Source: Octopus sinensis
Taxonomy: Eukaryota
Direction of reading: 5' to 3'
Assembly: GCF_006345805.1 (NCBI RefSeq)
Contig: NC_042999.1
Span: 54,808,001-54,872,000, forward strand
Length of the DNA: 64,000 nucleotides
Shown: one piece after another, positions 1 through 13,247 of the stretch
How positions within the stretch are numbered: the stretch's first letter is position 1
Layout of the letters: every line of letters starts with the position of its first letter
Translations under genes and position numbers: made by a program
Notes under the pieces: model-generated
What the model was told of the DNA's origin: nothing
Databases searched by the model: none
Seen by the model: only the letters and a program-made list of their open reading frames with translations

Positions 1-363
1 TTTCGCCCGGCGTACTAACGTTTCTGCCAGCTCGCCGCCTTGATTTTATATTATACCTGTTTAGACAGAAGTCTTGCTAGCCACCTCATTATTACCGTTT
101 TTAACAGTAATAATACTTCACATATTTACTTATATATAGTATATTTTTTGGATCATGGAAATAAGTTGAAGAGCATCTTTGGGATTTTGTAAGGGCCACA
201 TTAGGCCTAAAAATTCTGCATGCAATGAGAAAGTGGTGTCGTCACATAAAGACCTAACTGGTTAGAAGTACGCAGTTGGCGGCAACTGCACGTGGGCACC
301 CTGTGATAATCGGTGGTGGTCTTCTTCGGACATGGATCAGCAGCTATCGTATACGCCTGTTTA

Positions 364-404
<41 letters not shown>

Positions 405-943
405 GTTGGATTGAAACGAGAGTAACATTCTAAGACAGAAAATGAAAAATGGGGAGAGAAGAGACGAAATGTACTTAATTTCAGTCTTATGCTGCTGTAA
501 GAATGTATGTACGGAAGTGTCTGTGTGTGTGTGTTCGAGAGTTAAGGGATGTTCTGAAATTACTTCAAATACAAGCATAGGCGAACATCTGTATCACTGT
601 TTACTGGTTGCATACCCAAGACTTTTTACACATTCCATCTGCAAATTATGGACTAAACAAACATCAATGTTTGTGTTTAGTAAACTACGAACATAGTCAC
701 TGTTAAATGAAATGGAAATTGTATGTTTTTGAATTTCTTCAAATGAGGATACACAAATTATTTTTACAGGAAATGAGATTTCCCCCAAAGCTGCTGTTAG
801 TTGCTAAATTTAATTCTCTACGTGTGTACAAGCAAGTATGGAAAGAATGAGATATCACTAGACCTGCCCTTTAATTGTCTGCTGCCTACATATTCTTGTG
901 GCAGCATGAAAAGTGAAATAGCAAAGAATCTGGTTCTTGTAAT

Positions 944-982
<39 letters not shown>

Positions 983-1974
983 ATATATATTATATATACA
1001 TACATACATATACAGGAAATACGTATATTTCATCGCTTTTGTTTCAGATTTTCACTTTCAACAAGCAATAGCTGTGGAAATTCTACAACCTAATATATGG
1101 TACAAGTCAGCCATATATATATTATATATATATATATATATATACATACGCACTCACATACACACACAAACCCATGTGTGTGTGTTTTCACTCGTGACGG
1201 CATGAAATCGTAGGAGTCATGTGATAAATGTCTTTCTGCTGGTGATCGAGAGAGAACAATATTTATACTCAATGCTAATTGTTATGATTCTGCATTGCAC
1301 TTAACTGAGAGAAAACATGTAATAATTGTGGTAAAAGCGACAAATTGTCAGCTATGCTACAAAATGTCATCTTGGCTTTGCATCTCAATAACAAGCAATG
1401 GTAATACTCCTTATCGAGCCGACTTCGTTTGAGTGAATTCGTGTAGTTCACCATATACACCGACATATAACTTGCTATCTTTGATGGTTGGGACCCATAA
1501 AACAACTGCTTTTAATAACTTCTGAGACCAACAAAAACACTATGTGGTCACTCGACTTACCAGAAATGCCAACTAAATCTCCATCGTATCACATTTCACC
1601 AATTTTAAAAAGGAGTGGAAATATTGGACAATGTAGCCGTAGATAAACAGGAACGTTAGTAGAACGATGTTCGATTTGACCACAAGCTATTGAGATGCAC
1701 TTCGATGTATGTATCTCTTACAATTTCTTGTGAGCATCTCAGTTGTTACTAGAAATACACTCGGCTTACTATCCTTTTCCGTCAATCATCTGTCATTAAT
1801 CATGAATGGTTGAGCACAATAAGTCAGCCATCAAGTAGTTTATCATTAAAGGATGTCTTTATATTCCTTCATAGTCTTTCATGTTTCTTTGTAGTTCTTT
1901 GTACTCCTGTAGACTTTTAGGAACTTTATAGTACTTAATACTCCTTCCTCTTTAAATACACACATTTATACACA

Positions 1975-2005
1975 CACGCGCGCATTATATATATATATAT
2001 ATATA

Positions 2006-2036
<31 letters not shown>

Positions 2037-2073
2037 AATTTGCGCGCGCGTATATATACATATATATATATAT

Positions 2074-2107
<34 letters not shown>

Positions 2108-2130
2108 AATTTGCGCGCGCGTATATATAC

Positions 2131-2169
<39 letters not shown>

Positions 2170-2186
2170 AATTTGCGCGCGCGCTC
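1975..2186. repeat. Higher-order compound microsatellite
   Basis: A unit (CA)n-AATTT-(GC)n-(TA)n of about 65-70 bp, repeated about 3 times. Confidence 0.8.
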
Positions 2187-2780
2187 ACACACACGATGTC
2201 ACTGTCAACTTTTCACTGAAAAATGTGTGTGTGTGTATTATATGTAAACATCATCTAAAACGTGTAAACAATCAGTCATATGTTGAAAGTTATATTATAA
2301 ATAGGAAGTGGCTAACATTACTATTGCCTGCTGATAATATCTTTCTTTAAATAGACCCTTAGAACGCATTTCATATTTCTACAGATTGTATCACATAATA
2401 AATATTTTTACACATAACGAATGATGTAATATGAGTAGTGGCTGATATTATCAGTTCATGATATCTTAATGTTATTGTATGATGAAACAAATGTATGTTG
2501 ATGTATTGAGAAATATTTTACAATTTATTATTCTTTCATTGTACTGTTTGCTTATCAAATCAACGAGAGATAACCGTAAAACAATTAATCCCGAACAGCA
2601 CGCTGGTGTACGGCATGTTGGAGGTCGGTGGGTTTCAAAAATAAAATTTTTAACGTGAAAAATATCTTCTAAATTGTGGTTATCCACGTTTTATGTATTG
2701 AATGAAACACCGGAGCGGGGGAGGTCGATGATATTGGTTAACCCTACATCAAATCGACTTAACTTATGTCTAGATTAGAA

Positions 2781-2830
<50 letters not shown>

Positions 2831-3154
2831 TATTATAAAGTCGGCGATATGATTGAATCGTTAGCACGCTGCGCAAAATGCTTAATGGCGTTTTGCTCGT
2901 CTGTACGTTCAAATTTCAAATTCCACCGAATCAGACTTGACCCTTCTTCCTTTCGGAGTCGGTAAAATAAGTACCAGTCGAGCAGTGGAGTCGATGTAAT
3001 AGACTTACACACTCCCCCGAACTTCCTGGCCTTGTGTCAAAATTTGAAACCAAATATTATTATTATTGTTGTTTTACTTCTCAGGAGCTCGGTTTTTTTT
3101 GCCCTGGTTGATCCTGTGAAAGTGGATAGCAGTCTGTTGTCAGAAGTCTCACAG

Positions 3155-3254
<100 letters not shown>

Positions 3255-3854
3255 CATTATAATCTTTGATAATTGGTTGTTAATTATCGTGGGAGACATT
3301 CAACATCCAAGTACCATTTTCAAAATCCTAGCTGTCTCCAACAGAGCAGTTTTGGGGGCTTGCTCTGCTCTCATGCCATTTCCCATTTCTCTGGCATATT
3401 TCTCGAACTTAATTGTTTGTGCCGAGTACCCCTGCAACTATTGGAACGACAGACACTCTCCTCATAGTCTACATTCTTGCAATTTCGTCTTTTAGTAGTC
3501 TGTATTTTTCAATATTTAAAAATGTTATTATTATCATCATTATTATTATTATTATTATTATTATATTATTATTATTATTATTATATGTTTGACTTTGCTT
3601 TATATTTGTTCAAGTTGGCTCCAAGTCTCACCCGGAGACCTCAAGAGACAACAGGTTGGAAGTTCACGTTGTTGTTATGCCTAGTGTGCCATATATTTGG
3701 TTGTTTTTTGTGTTGTACTAGTGGATGTCTAAAAAAAAAATTTTTTTTAATGTTTGTTTTAAACCTTGAGATTACATAGAAAGTATTGAATAGAACATAA
3801 TAATAATGATTATTATTATTATTATTATTATTATTTTATTATTATCTTTTTCAG

Positions 3855-3992
3855 GCCGAATGTCTGTCCTTACCAAGAAGTGGAAATGTCTTTGGTGCGG
3901 CAGCCTTGCGTACAAGCTTACACACGTTTAGTCAAAGTTTGGAAACCCAACTGTGGTTATATGCACAAATGGTGCGTTGGTTATGAACGAAA
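3855..3992 (+). CDS. MEGF6: MEGF6-like gene exon: EMI domain, N-terminal half
   Basis: Acceptor ttttcag|G, donor AA|gtaagt, 138 bp, phase 2/2. Translates PNVCPYQEVEMSLVRQPCVQAYTRLVKVWKPNCGYMHKWCVGYER, matching the MEGF6 EMI start as recalled (PxVC..QPCVQA..VWK.GC..WCVG.ER). Confidence 0.9.
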
Positions 3993-4824
3993 GTAAGTTT
4001 CAAATATTCAAACTCTCCTTCTCTCTTTCATTCACTACTAAAATATACTCTCGTTTCTTCGTGTTTTCTTATAATCAGGAAGCACATGTTTCTCACTGTC
4101 TCATTCTATCTCTCCCTCTTCCTGCTCAACTTTCTCTGCCACTCCAACCTACTCTTCGTATATCTTTCATTTTGTAATCAATTTCCCTCTCTTTGAGTCT
4201 ACTGCAAAATCCCGCCCCCCCCTTTAGGTTAGGATTCTCTCTCTCTCTCTCTTCATCTCTCTATCTATGGGTGTATAAATTATATATGTGTGAATATATC
4301 TATCTATATATATATATATATATAATATATAATATATAATAAAATCAAAATAAGCAAAGGATATCCAAGTAGAGTAGTAGAATTGTTTCATGCTACTTCA
4401 TTTTATTAAACACTGTTAGTATTACGTCAGTTTTAAAATGTCGAGCAATCTTCAGCCACATATAGAATTTTTAAATTAAACGGACAATTCACATTCTTAT
4501 ACTTATTTCATTTGACAACGTTACAAAGAGGGTAGATATATGGACAGAGAGGTTAATTTCATCATTAAGAACATGATGGTAGTATGTTCATTCTCCTTGT
4601 TGCTTATTTTGATTATAATCGCCCCATTTGATTTATATGGATAATACCATACAAAATTCTGGTGCCTTTAACTTGAGTACCATATTCATCTGAATCTAAA
4701 TTTTGCTGAACCTATATATATATATATATTATATTATATAATATATATATATATATAACCCTAGATAATAATATTTAATAATATCCTCGCAAATATTCAC
4801 TCCTGAATTATTTGCTCATGATGG

Positions 4825-4868
<44 letters not shown>

Positions 4869-6004
4869 TATATACATACATAGAGAGAAAGAGAGAGAGG
4901 GAGATTTGGCGATGCAAACAGAAACATCTTTTTTCTCTCTCCTTCTCTCTTTACTTTTTTTTTTTAACCCTCACAAATGGCGCCTCACCTCATTCTGGCA
5001 TTCCTTCAAACCTCGTCCTCCCCCCTGCTCCTGTGACAACTGCCACATCTAACGCTATTCGTTCTCCAAAAGCTAAATACGTTGCACATATTTTGCAACG
5101 ATGCATCTCTGTTAAGGAGGGCAAACTCCGGAAGATCGTGAAAATCTAAACTATATTTTAGCTTCTACTCGTTTCAGTCATTAGACTGCGACCATGCTGG
5201 GGCAGCGCTCTGAAGAACTTTTAGTCGAATGAATCGACCCCAGTCCTTTTTTTTTAAACCTCCTATCGATTCTTTTTTTCCGAACCGCTAAGTTACGGGG
5301 ATATAGATAAACCGACACGGGTAGTCGAGTGGTGGTGAAGGACACAAACACCACACACACACACACACACACCACCCACACACCACACACACACACACAC
5401 ATCACACACACCACACATATATATAATTATATAATATATTATGATGGGCTTCTTTCAGTTTCCGCCTGCCAAATCCATTCAAAAGCTTTTGTCAGCTCAA
5501 GGCTATAGTAGAAGACACTTGCTGCCACGCTGTGGGACTGAACTCGAAACCATGCATTTAAGACTCAAACTCCTTACTACACAGCCACGAAGATATTGCT
5601 TTTGTTGTTGTTGTACGTTTCCTGGTCGGTTCTGATCCAGCGGACCTAAGCCAGAGAGGTATTCGGCCGAACTATTAGGTATGACCCTCAGATGTAGCGT
5701 TCCAAATATACTTTCTGCTTGGCTGAAGATCTCCGACACTCGGCAGTTGATTGTATGGAGGGCAGTGTGTCAGTCTGGACATGCCCTTTCTCTACTGTGC
5801 ATTGTTTCCGTAAAACTGTAGAAGATAACGAAGTTGTGACCTATATGTCAAAGGCGCAAGTGTCCTAAGAGAGAATCAAACCGGATTCATGGACCTTTAT
5901 TGACTATATTTAGTACATGGTGCGGCATAAAAACCTCCCCTATTTTACACGACTGTTGGAATGTCGCTAGTAAAATTAGTCATGTGATAATAATATTTGT
6001 ACGT

Positions 6005-6212
6005 AAGGCGGCGAGCTGGCAGAAACGTTAGCACGCCGGGCGAAATGCTTAGCGATATTTCATCTGTCTTTACTTTCTGAGTTCAAATTCTGCCCAGATT
6101 CACTTTGCCTTTCATCCTTTCGAGGTCGATAAATTAAGTTCCAGTTGCATACTGGGGTCGATCTAATCGACTCCCCACCAAAAAAAATTCGGGCTTTGTA
6201 CCTAGAGTAGAA
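6005..6212 (+). mobile_element. SINE family B (GGCGGCGAGCTGGCAGAA..GAGTTCAAATTC head)
   Basis: tRNA-like A/B boxes and central CTTTGCCTTTCATCCTTTCGGGGTCGATAAA. Other + copies lie at about 2837-3050, 11150-11342, 14352-14510, 14592-14800 and 36565-36775. Confidence 0.8.
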
Positions 6213-6472
6213 AAGAATAATGTTTGTACGTAACTAATATTTTATCGTTTTGCGTTCGTTACCATTCTGTTGGAACTGGTGTACATTCTTCGTTTATTGT
6301 TGAAATATTTACCAAGAATAGGGAGTCTTGGAGGATGTTTTTTTTCTGCACGTTATATTATTTCACAGTATTAACCCATTCTTGCTAATTGGTAGCCATT
6401 TTGAAAATATTCTAGTAACTTTTGTTAGGGAATGTTTTTAATAAGCCCTTCTAGTCTTAGTCCGATTGTGTG

Positions 6473-6786
6473 AAGGCGTAGTAGTTAGAGTATTCGACTC
6501 ACGATTGTAAGGTCGTGAGTTCAATTCCCGGCAGCGCGTTGTGTCCTTGAGCAAGACATTTTATTTCACATTGCTCCAATCCATTCGGTTGGAAAAAATA
6601 AGTTGTACCTGTATTTCAAAGGTCTAGTCTTGTCACAATCTGTATCACGCTAAATATTTCCAAGAACTACGTTAAGGGTACACGTGTCTGTGGAGTGCTC
6701 AGCCACTTGCACGTTAATTTCACGATCAGCCTGTTCCATTGATCGGATCAACTGGAACACTCTTCGTCGTAACCGACGGAGTGCCT
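6473..6786 (+). mobile_element. SINE family A (tRNA head with CORE-like GTGTCCTTGAGCAAGACACTT)
   Basis: A/B-box-like head (TAGTGGTTAG..GAGTTCAATTCC). Same body as the other family A copies, ending ..GTAACCGACGGAGTGCC. Confidence 0.8.
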
Positions 6787-7364
6787 TCTATATTCTGGAG
6801 TGTATCGCTAGGATATTTACGATTTTAACACATGCTCCCTGTACTAAAAGTCATATCAAGTTCATTGAGGACAAGTTGACTGCTAGTCTAGTTTGACAGG
6901 TGGCGCAGTCGCGTTGAGACTCGCTTGGTCATTTATCATTAAATGTAGGCGGATAGTTTAGTTTATGGGGTTTATCTCCATAATTTTGGCACTCTGCTCA
7001 CTGGGTGAGATTAATTATTGCCTGGGTAGTAGTTATTATCATCATCGTAATTTTTATGTTGACTTTGTATGCTGGCATAAATTGGACGGGATATTTAGAC
7101 AATATGTTAACCGTCATTTATCTCACCATCATTTATCTCACCAACCCTTTTAGACACACACAGACAATGTATTTATTCTTAAACTTAGATTACACCCTCG
7201 TAAAAATAGTAATAGCAGTAAATGTAATACTAGTAAAAGCGACAATTGCAACAATGGTTGGATTGATGAATACGTGTCCTTGCTTTGCAGTCATGAGATT
7301 CCGGGATCAATCCCACAGCATGGCACTGTGATTAATTAATTCTTACCATTCTTAATAAAATTAA

Positions 7365-8185
7365 GTTAAAGGGAAAACAGGAATCTCAACATCGAGAGAT
7401 GCCTTTACTTGGGTGGTAAACGTAACATGTGGTCGGGGTTAACACCAACGCATGGTCACACTAACAGGTCATCAGGGAATCTTCATTTAGAATCAGGCCT
7501 CCATTTTAAGAATAACAAGGTGGTCGCTGCCTTCTTCCCTCTGATTAAACGATGGAGGAAATAAATACATAATCATCGTGATCGATTGTGACGGTAAAAT
7601 TAAGCGAATTTAAGGGGCACTCCGTCGACGAATGTTCCAGTTGGTCCAACCAACGGAACGGCCAGTTTGGCAAATTAAGGTGCAAATGGCTCCATAGATA
7701 CGTTTACCTTTAACGCAGATCTCGAGGAGATTCAGACACAGACTGTGACAAGGCTGGTCCCTTCTTAATTACAAGTACAATTCAATTTTGCCAGCTGAGT
7801 GGACTGGGACAACGTGAAATAAAGCGCCTTGCCCGAAGATACACCACGCTGTTGCGCATCGAACTCACGCTCTTACGACTGTAAGCTGGATACTCAAACA
7901 GCTAAGCCACGCGCCTTCGCTAAACGCAATTATTCCCAGAAGCTCATCATTAATAAAAACCTGGCACTGCAACAAAAACGTAGTCTAAACAAACAGAATG
8001 GTCATGGCTGGACTGTCTTTGGTCTTAGAGCTGCTTCATTAGGGACTGACTTAGAACTGATTGAAACACTGAAGAGGTCAGGTTTGAATATACCGTCCTT
8101 GTGTTTATTTTATTCTCCTGTTTACAACAAGTAAAACCACCAGAGATGGAGGACAGCAACAGCTGTAACGATCATTACACCTTGC

Positions 8186-8240
<55 letters not shown>

Positions 8241-8671
8241 GGAAACATTTTTTTGAAAAAAACCTGTTTCAGACTTCAAATCACTCTTAATATACGACTT
8301 TACACACTGATCACTTTACCAGAACATTAGTACACAAGCACACACACACACGTGTGTATATATATATATATATATTTGCCTCTCTCTCTGTATGTATGTA
8401 TATGAAAGTATACGTGCGCGTGTTTGTGTGTGCGCACATTCATATTCCCCTCTATGCACTTATGCCCATATACATGCATACACTCATACATGCATATCGA
8501 CTACTCATGCACACACAAACTCCGGTAACACTACACTAATTCAATCATGCATGAATGCATATATCAACAGAGCAGTTTCACAGACTACTGCACATGTCTA
8601 AATGGTGGGCAGCTTTTTGTGCGTAGATGAATGTGTGGCGCTCGTATACATAATAAATATTACGTGTATAT

Positions 8672-8721
<50 letters not shown>

Positions 8722-9303
8722 CTTATGTGAAAATGCTAATGTAATTCATAAATACACGTGTGAGTGTGTGTGTGTGTGTGGGTGTGTGCGCGCATACACA
8801 TACATACACAGAGACAGATGATATACGAAAAGTTTTCACAGAAGGCGAAGGTACCCAAAACACAGGACAGCACGACAAAGAAAGATTCTAGATGAATGCC
8901 AAATCAACGAATGAGGGTTGTTTAACGATATGGACAAGAAATGGGTTTGTGAGGACTGAAAAAGCTTCCACTAGAGCCAGAAAAGATGTAGATGTACATG
9001 AACACGTAGCTTGCTTCCGTCAGCTGCCAGCTAAGATCCACTGTGGTTTTGACACATTTAAATTCGCTTTATTTTACCATCACAATCGATCATGATATTG
9101 TATTTATTTCCTCCATCGTTTAATCAGATGGAAGAAGGCAGCGACCACCTTGTTATTCTTAAAATGGAGGCCTGATTCTAAATGAAGATTCCCTAATGAC
9201 CTGTAAGTGTGACCATGTGTTGATGTTAACCCCGACCACATGTTACGTTTACCACCCAAGTAAAGGCATCTCTCGATGTTGAGATTCCTGTTTTCCCTTT
9301 AAC
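7365..9303. repeat. Inverted repeat pair of about 245 bp (7365-7612 / 9059-9303)
   Basis: GTTAAAGGGAAAACAGGAATCTCAAC..GCGAATTTA is the reverse complement of TAAATTCGC..GTTGAGATTCCTGTTTTCCCTTTAAC, with only scattered differences by eye. Confidence 0.85.
7616..7919 (-). mobile_element. SINE family A
   Basis: Reverse complement of the family A head and tail. Confidence 0.7.
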
Positions 9304-9479
9304 AGTCTGTTGTTATCGGAATCTAAACTTAGATCTAGCAGGCAAACATAAAACAGGATGAATAACTAAGCCATCATAGGACAAAGCACAGTGAACACCG
9401 ATTTGAATTTCCAACCTAATCAGAAAATGTTGCGTGCACACACACACAAATATATAAGGTTCCTGGCTTTAAGGGTATC

Positions 9480-9650
9480 GCGAAAGGAGGCCCAAACTTC
9501 CGAGTTCTTGTACAGGGCTTGAAAAACTGAAAGACCACTGCAATAAGTGTGTGATTCTGAGAGGGGAATATGTTGAATATAATCATAATTAACTGATCCT
9601 CCTGTATTTTCTTTTATCCAAACCCAGGAACTTTTCAGCAACCCCTCGTA
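9480..9650 (+). mobile_element. Mariner 3' fragment
   Basis: GLEKLKDHCNKCVILRGEYVE (mariner C-terminus), followed by the TIR GGAACTTTTCAGCAACCCCTCGTA. Confidence 0.7.
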
Positions 9651-9661
9651 TATATGAATAT

Positions 9662-9703
<42 letters not shown>

Positions 9704-9984
9704 AAATCTTCCAGACATACATTGATATTCCATATATCGTCGACGAGAGATTCGGCTATAATATCGCTACTGGACATCCATCACTGAAGATCCAATAGCA
9801 AGACGAAATCACACGATCTGCCAGTTCTGGTGGCCGCAACAGACACTTCTCGTCTGTCAACACTATAAATAGGAGTGCTTACCACGAGTCCTTATTAGAG
9901 GTTTTCTCATGGTAAACAACGCAGTACCTGTCGCCATCATATATAATGTGTGTATCTGTGTGTGTGTGTATGCACACACACACT

Positions 9985-10031
<47 letters not shown>

Positions 10032-10170
10032 ATATACATCTATTAAGAAAAAGAAGTAGTCCGGATTTTGGATAATCATTTATTTAGCGTATTCATCTCG
10101 TTTCAGAAATTCAGCAGGAATGATATTTTTACAGAAAATTTATGCCTTATCCATCTCTCTCTCCTCCCCC

Positions 10171-10207
<37 letters not shown>

Positions 10208-10244
10208 ACACACACATACACACACCCTCACACACACACACATA

Positions 10245-10291
<47 letters not shown>

Positions 10292-10332
10292 ATAATTAAA
10301 GCTGCAATAACATCACAAAAATGTCGCAAAAG

Positions 10333-10374
10333 AACTGCTACTCAGAGTTTCACGTTCCTGTTCGTCGGACAGTT
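10333..10374 (-). ncRNA. Minimal hammerhead motif, CCGACGA core variant
   Basis: Minus strand: AACTGT-CCGACGA-AC-AGGAAC-GT-GAAA-CTC-T-GAG-TA^GCAGTT. All three stems pair, and the core has U4C. Confidence 0.65.
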
Positions 10375-10515
10375 GGGATTCAGAATCATGAAACTCCGAG
10401 TAGCATTTTTTTTTGTGATGTTTTTGCAGCTGTAATAATAAAGGATATTACTCTACCTCCAGTATTCGAGTACAATTTTTTCCCACCTTATTTCACATTT
10501 ATGTGCTTACTCTGG

Positions 10516-10557
<42 letters not shown>

Positions 10558-10891
10558 ATATATAAAACAATTGCTTTTTGAATTATCATCAACGTAACCA
10601 TCCCAGAAAACACCCCTTTTTACAGCCGACAACTGACCCAGAACGTAATACATTTCAAACCGGCTCAGAATAAGACTCCTTTCTCTCTGTTCTTTTCTCC
10701 TTCTGACTTTCATTTCATTTCAGTCCTTCTTTCTTCCTGTTATCTTTTTTTTTCTTTTTTTTTTTTTCAATTTTCTTTTTTTCTCCTTCTAACCAAGCCT
10801 GCAAAAATCCACCACAGACACACACTCAAAATAACAAAGAACGTTCTCTCCAAATCCAACACTAGGTTTTGCAATTAACTCACACACACAT

Positions 10892-10943
<52 letters not shown>

Positions 10944-11338
10944 GCTAAGTAGAGTTAGAAGTTGGAATAACCGTCTAAGGGATAACAGTATTCATTATAC
11001 CATTATACTACTGGTATATTACTTATAGATGGGATGCAGTTTATGTGTATTGTATTAAAAATAATAACTGATGTAAGTTATTGTTGTTAATAATTCTCCA
11101 TTTTCTGTTTACTTATATATATATATAATATTATATTATATATATATATATGAATGCTTAACGGTATTTCGTCTGTCGTTACGTTCTGAGTTCAAATTCC
11201 TCCGAGGTTGACTTTGCCTTTCATCCTTTCGGGGTCGATAATAAAAGTACCAGTTTCGCACTAGGGTCGATTTAATCGACTTAATCCCTTTGTCTGTCCT
11301 GTTTGTCCTCTCTATTTTAGCCCCTTGTGGGCATTAAG

Positions 11339-11386
<48 letters not shown>

Positions 11387-11760
11387 ACATACATTTTCTG
11401 TAAAAAATCATCCCTGATGAACCTCTGAAACGAGACGAAAGCGTTAAAAAAATAGTTATCCAAAATTCTAACTACCATTTTTTTTTTTCAATATCGACTA
11501 ACTGTACAGCACTTCAAACACCTATACATAGGTGCGTGCGAATTTGTGGGGTGTATCGTAATATAAGAGTCGTAAAATATATTTCTATGTATTTGACATA
11601 TTTGAAACCTTATCTGATATAGAGAGCTCAATAGCATGGGTAGAGAGCGGGGCGAGGTATTTATTATATAATCATATATTCATATGCTGACATACTCATA
11701 ATACACTCTCAAAAATCTGCACTGCCTCGACATGAGTATAGACAAGTCCACTGACAACTA

Positions 11761-11803
<43 letters not shown>

Positions 11804-12056
11804 TGATGAGGAAACTGGATATAAACGTCTGTCTTCAACAAAGACCTGTCTTCTCATATCATATGATTACAATAACACACGCACACACACACACATACAT
11901 ATCTATATGATATATACGCATGTGTCTATAATCATATATGCATATGTATTATATATATATATATAAGAATGTATGCATAAGAATATATATGCATAACGGC
12001 ACGTACGTATATATATATATTTATGCATAAGTGTATATCTATATGTGTGTGTGTGC

Positions 12057-12088
<32 letters not shown>

Positions 12089-12413
12089 ATACCCATATAT
12101 TTATGCATGTATGCATAAATAGAAATGCATACATATATGCATATACGTGTATGTGTACGCATGTATCTACACATGTATATATATATATGTGTGTGTGTGC
12201 GTGTGTGTGTAAATATACACACACACATGCATGATTATGCATGCGCGCGCGCGTATGTGTGTTTGTAATTCGTTGATGAAAGAGAGAAATGGTGGTGTTA
12301 TTTATTTTGCTGAGAATAGGAAAACATTTCCCACATCTGAATTGAAGCGAATAAACCAGCAGACATGTTATGTGGGTGACGTATGTCTGGTGATATATGA
12401 TATCCATCTCCGA

Positions 12414-12462
12414 AACACCACCAGGCATGGTATATATCTGATATACCATGCCTGGTGGTGTT
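12414..12462. repeat. Perfect 22-bp hairpin with a 5-nt loop
   Basis: AACACCACCAGGCATGGTATAT-ATCTG-ATATACCATGCCTGGTGGTGTT. Confidence 0.9.
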
Positions 12463-12512
12463 ATTTGATATCTATGTCTGATATACCTCTGGACATGTTA
12501 CATATATGATTA

Positions 12513-12722
12513 AAGGCGCGTGGCTTAGTGGTTAGAGAATTCGACTCACGATCTTAAGGTCGAGAGTTCGATTCCTGACGATTTGTTGTGTCCTTGAGCA
12601 AGACACTTTATTTCACGTTGCTCCAGTCCACTCAGCTGGCAAAAATGAGTCGTACCTGTATTTCAAAGGACCAGCCATGTCAGATTCTCTCTGAGAACTA
12701 AGTGTACGCGCGTCTGTGGAAT
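12513..12722 (+). mobile_element. SINE family A, 3'-truncated
   Basis: GGCGCGTGGCTTAGTGGTTAG head and CORE-like segment. Confidence 0.75.
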
Positions 12723-13247
12723 GTGCTACTGTTCCCCAAGTGACGCTAAATTCTCTGCTGTTGTTTTACCATATAATATCCTACACAAAAACTCAACGTG
12801 TTTTTAATATTCGATATATATTTTGTTATGCTCTCATTCAGCTGTTTCTCTTCTATGTTGTTAGCAGTTGTTAACTTCTGTTTGCTTACAGTCACCTAAT
12901 GGGCGCAAGATGCTTACTCCATGCAAGAGAGTTCCAATTCTCAAGTAAAAACACTTCTTTCATTTTTTTTTCGCGGTAAATCTTGAGTTTTATTCTTTAG
13001 TTACTATTTTACTCATTAGACTGCGGCCATACTGGGGTACCATTATGAAGTGTTTAGTCGATCAAATCGACCTGAGTTCTAATATCTAAGTCTGGTCTTT
13101 TTTACCGAAATGCTAAATCATGTGAACCCTCTCTGTGCATGGGGTAAACATCCTGCGCCCATTCTGTTATTGTAGTTTATCATATATCAATATAGATACT
13201 TATATGTGTGTGCGTATATATACATTTATACTGCTTTTTTTCTACAG

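Noticed and set aside
4420-4460. Minus-strand CTGAAGA motif; similar partial motifs at about 21665-21710, 34660-34700 and 61066-61095
   Set aside because: The GAAA or core is mutated and the stems are not recoverable, so they are too degenerate to call.
6473-6545. tRNA-like sequences at SINE heads
   Set aside because: They have A/B boxes but no complete cloverleaf or acceptor stem, and they continue into SINE bodies. They are not tRNA genes.
9778-9822. CTGAAGA...GAAATCACACGATC hammerhead-like motif
   Set aside because: Stem III and an AUC triplet are possible, but stems I and II have 2 bp or fewer, which is compatible with chance.
11408-11450. CTGATGA...GAAA hammerhead-like motif
   Set aside because: Only a 3-bp inner stem II (CTC/GAG), and I could not build stem I or stem III with an NUH triplet. 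At most a decayed pLTR.
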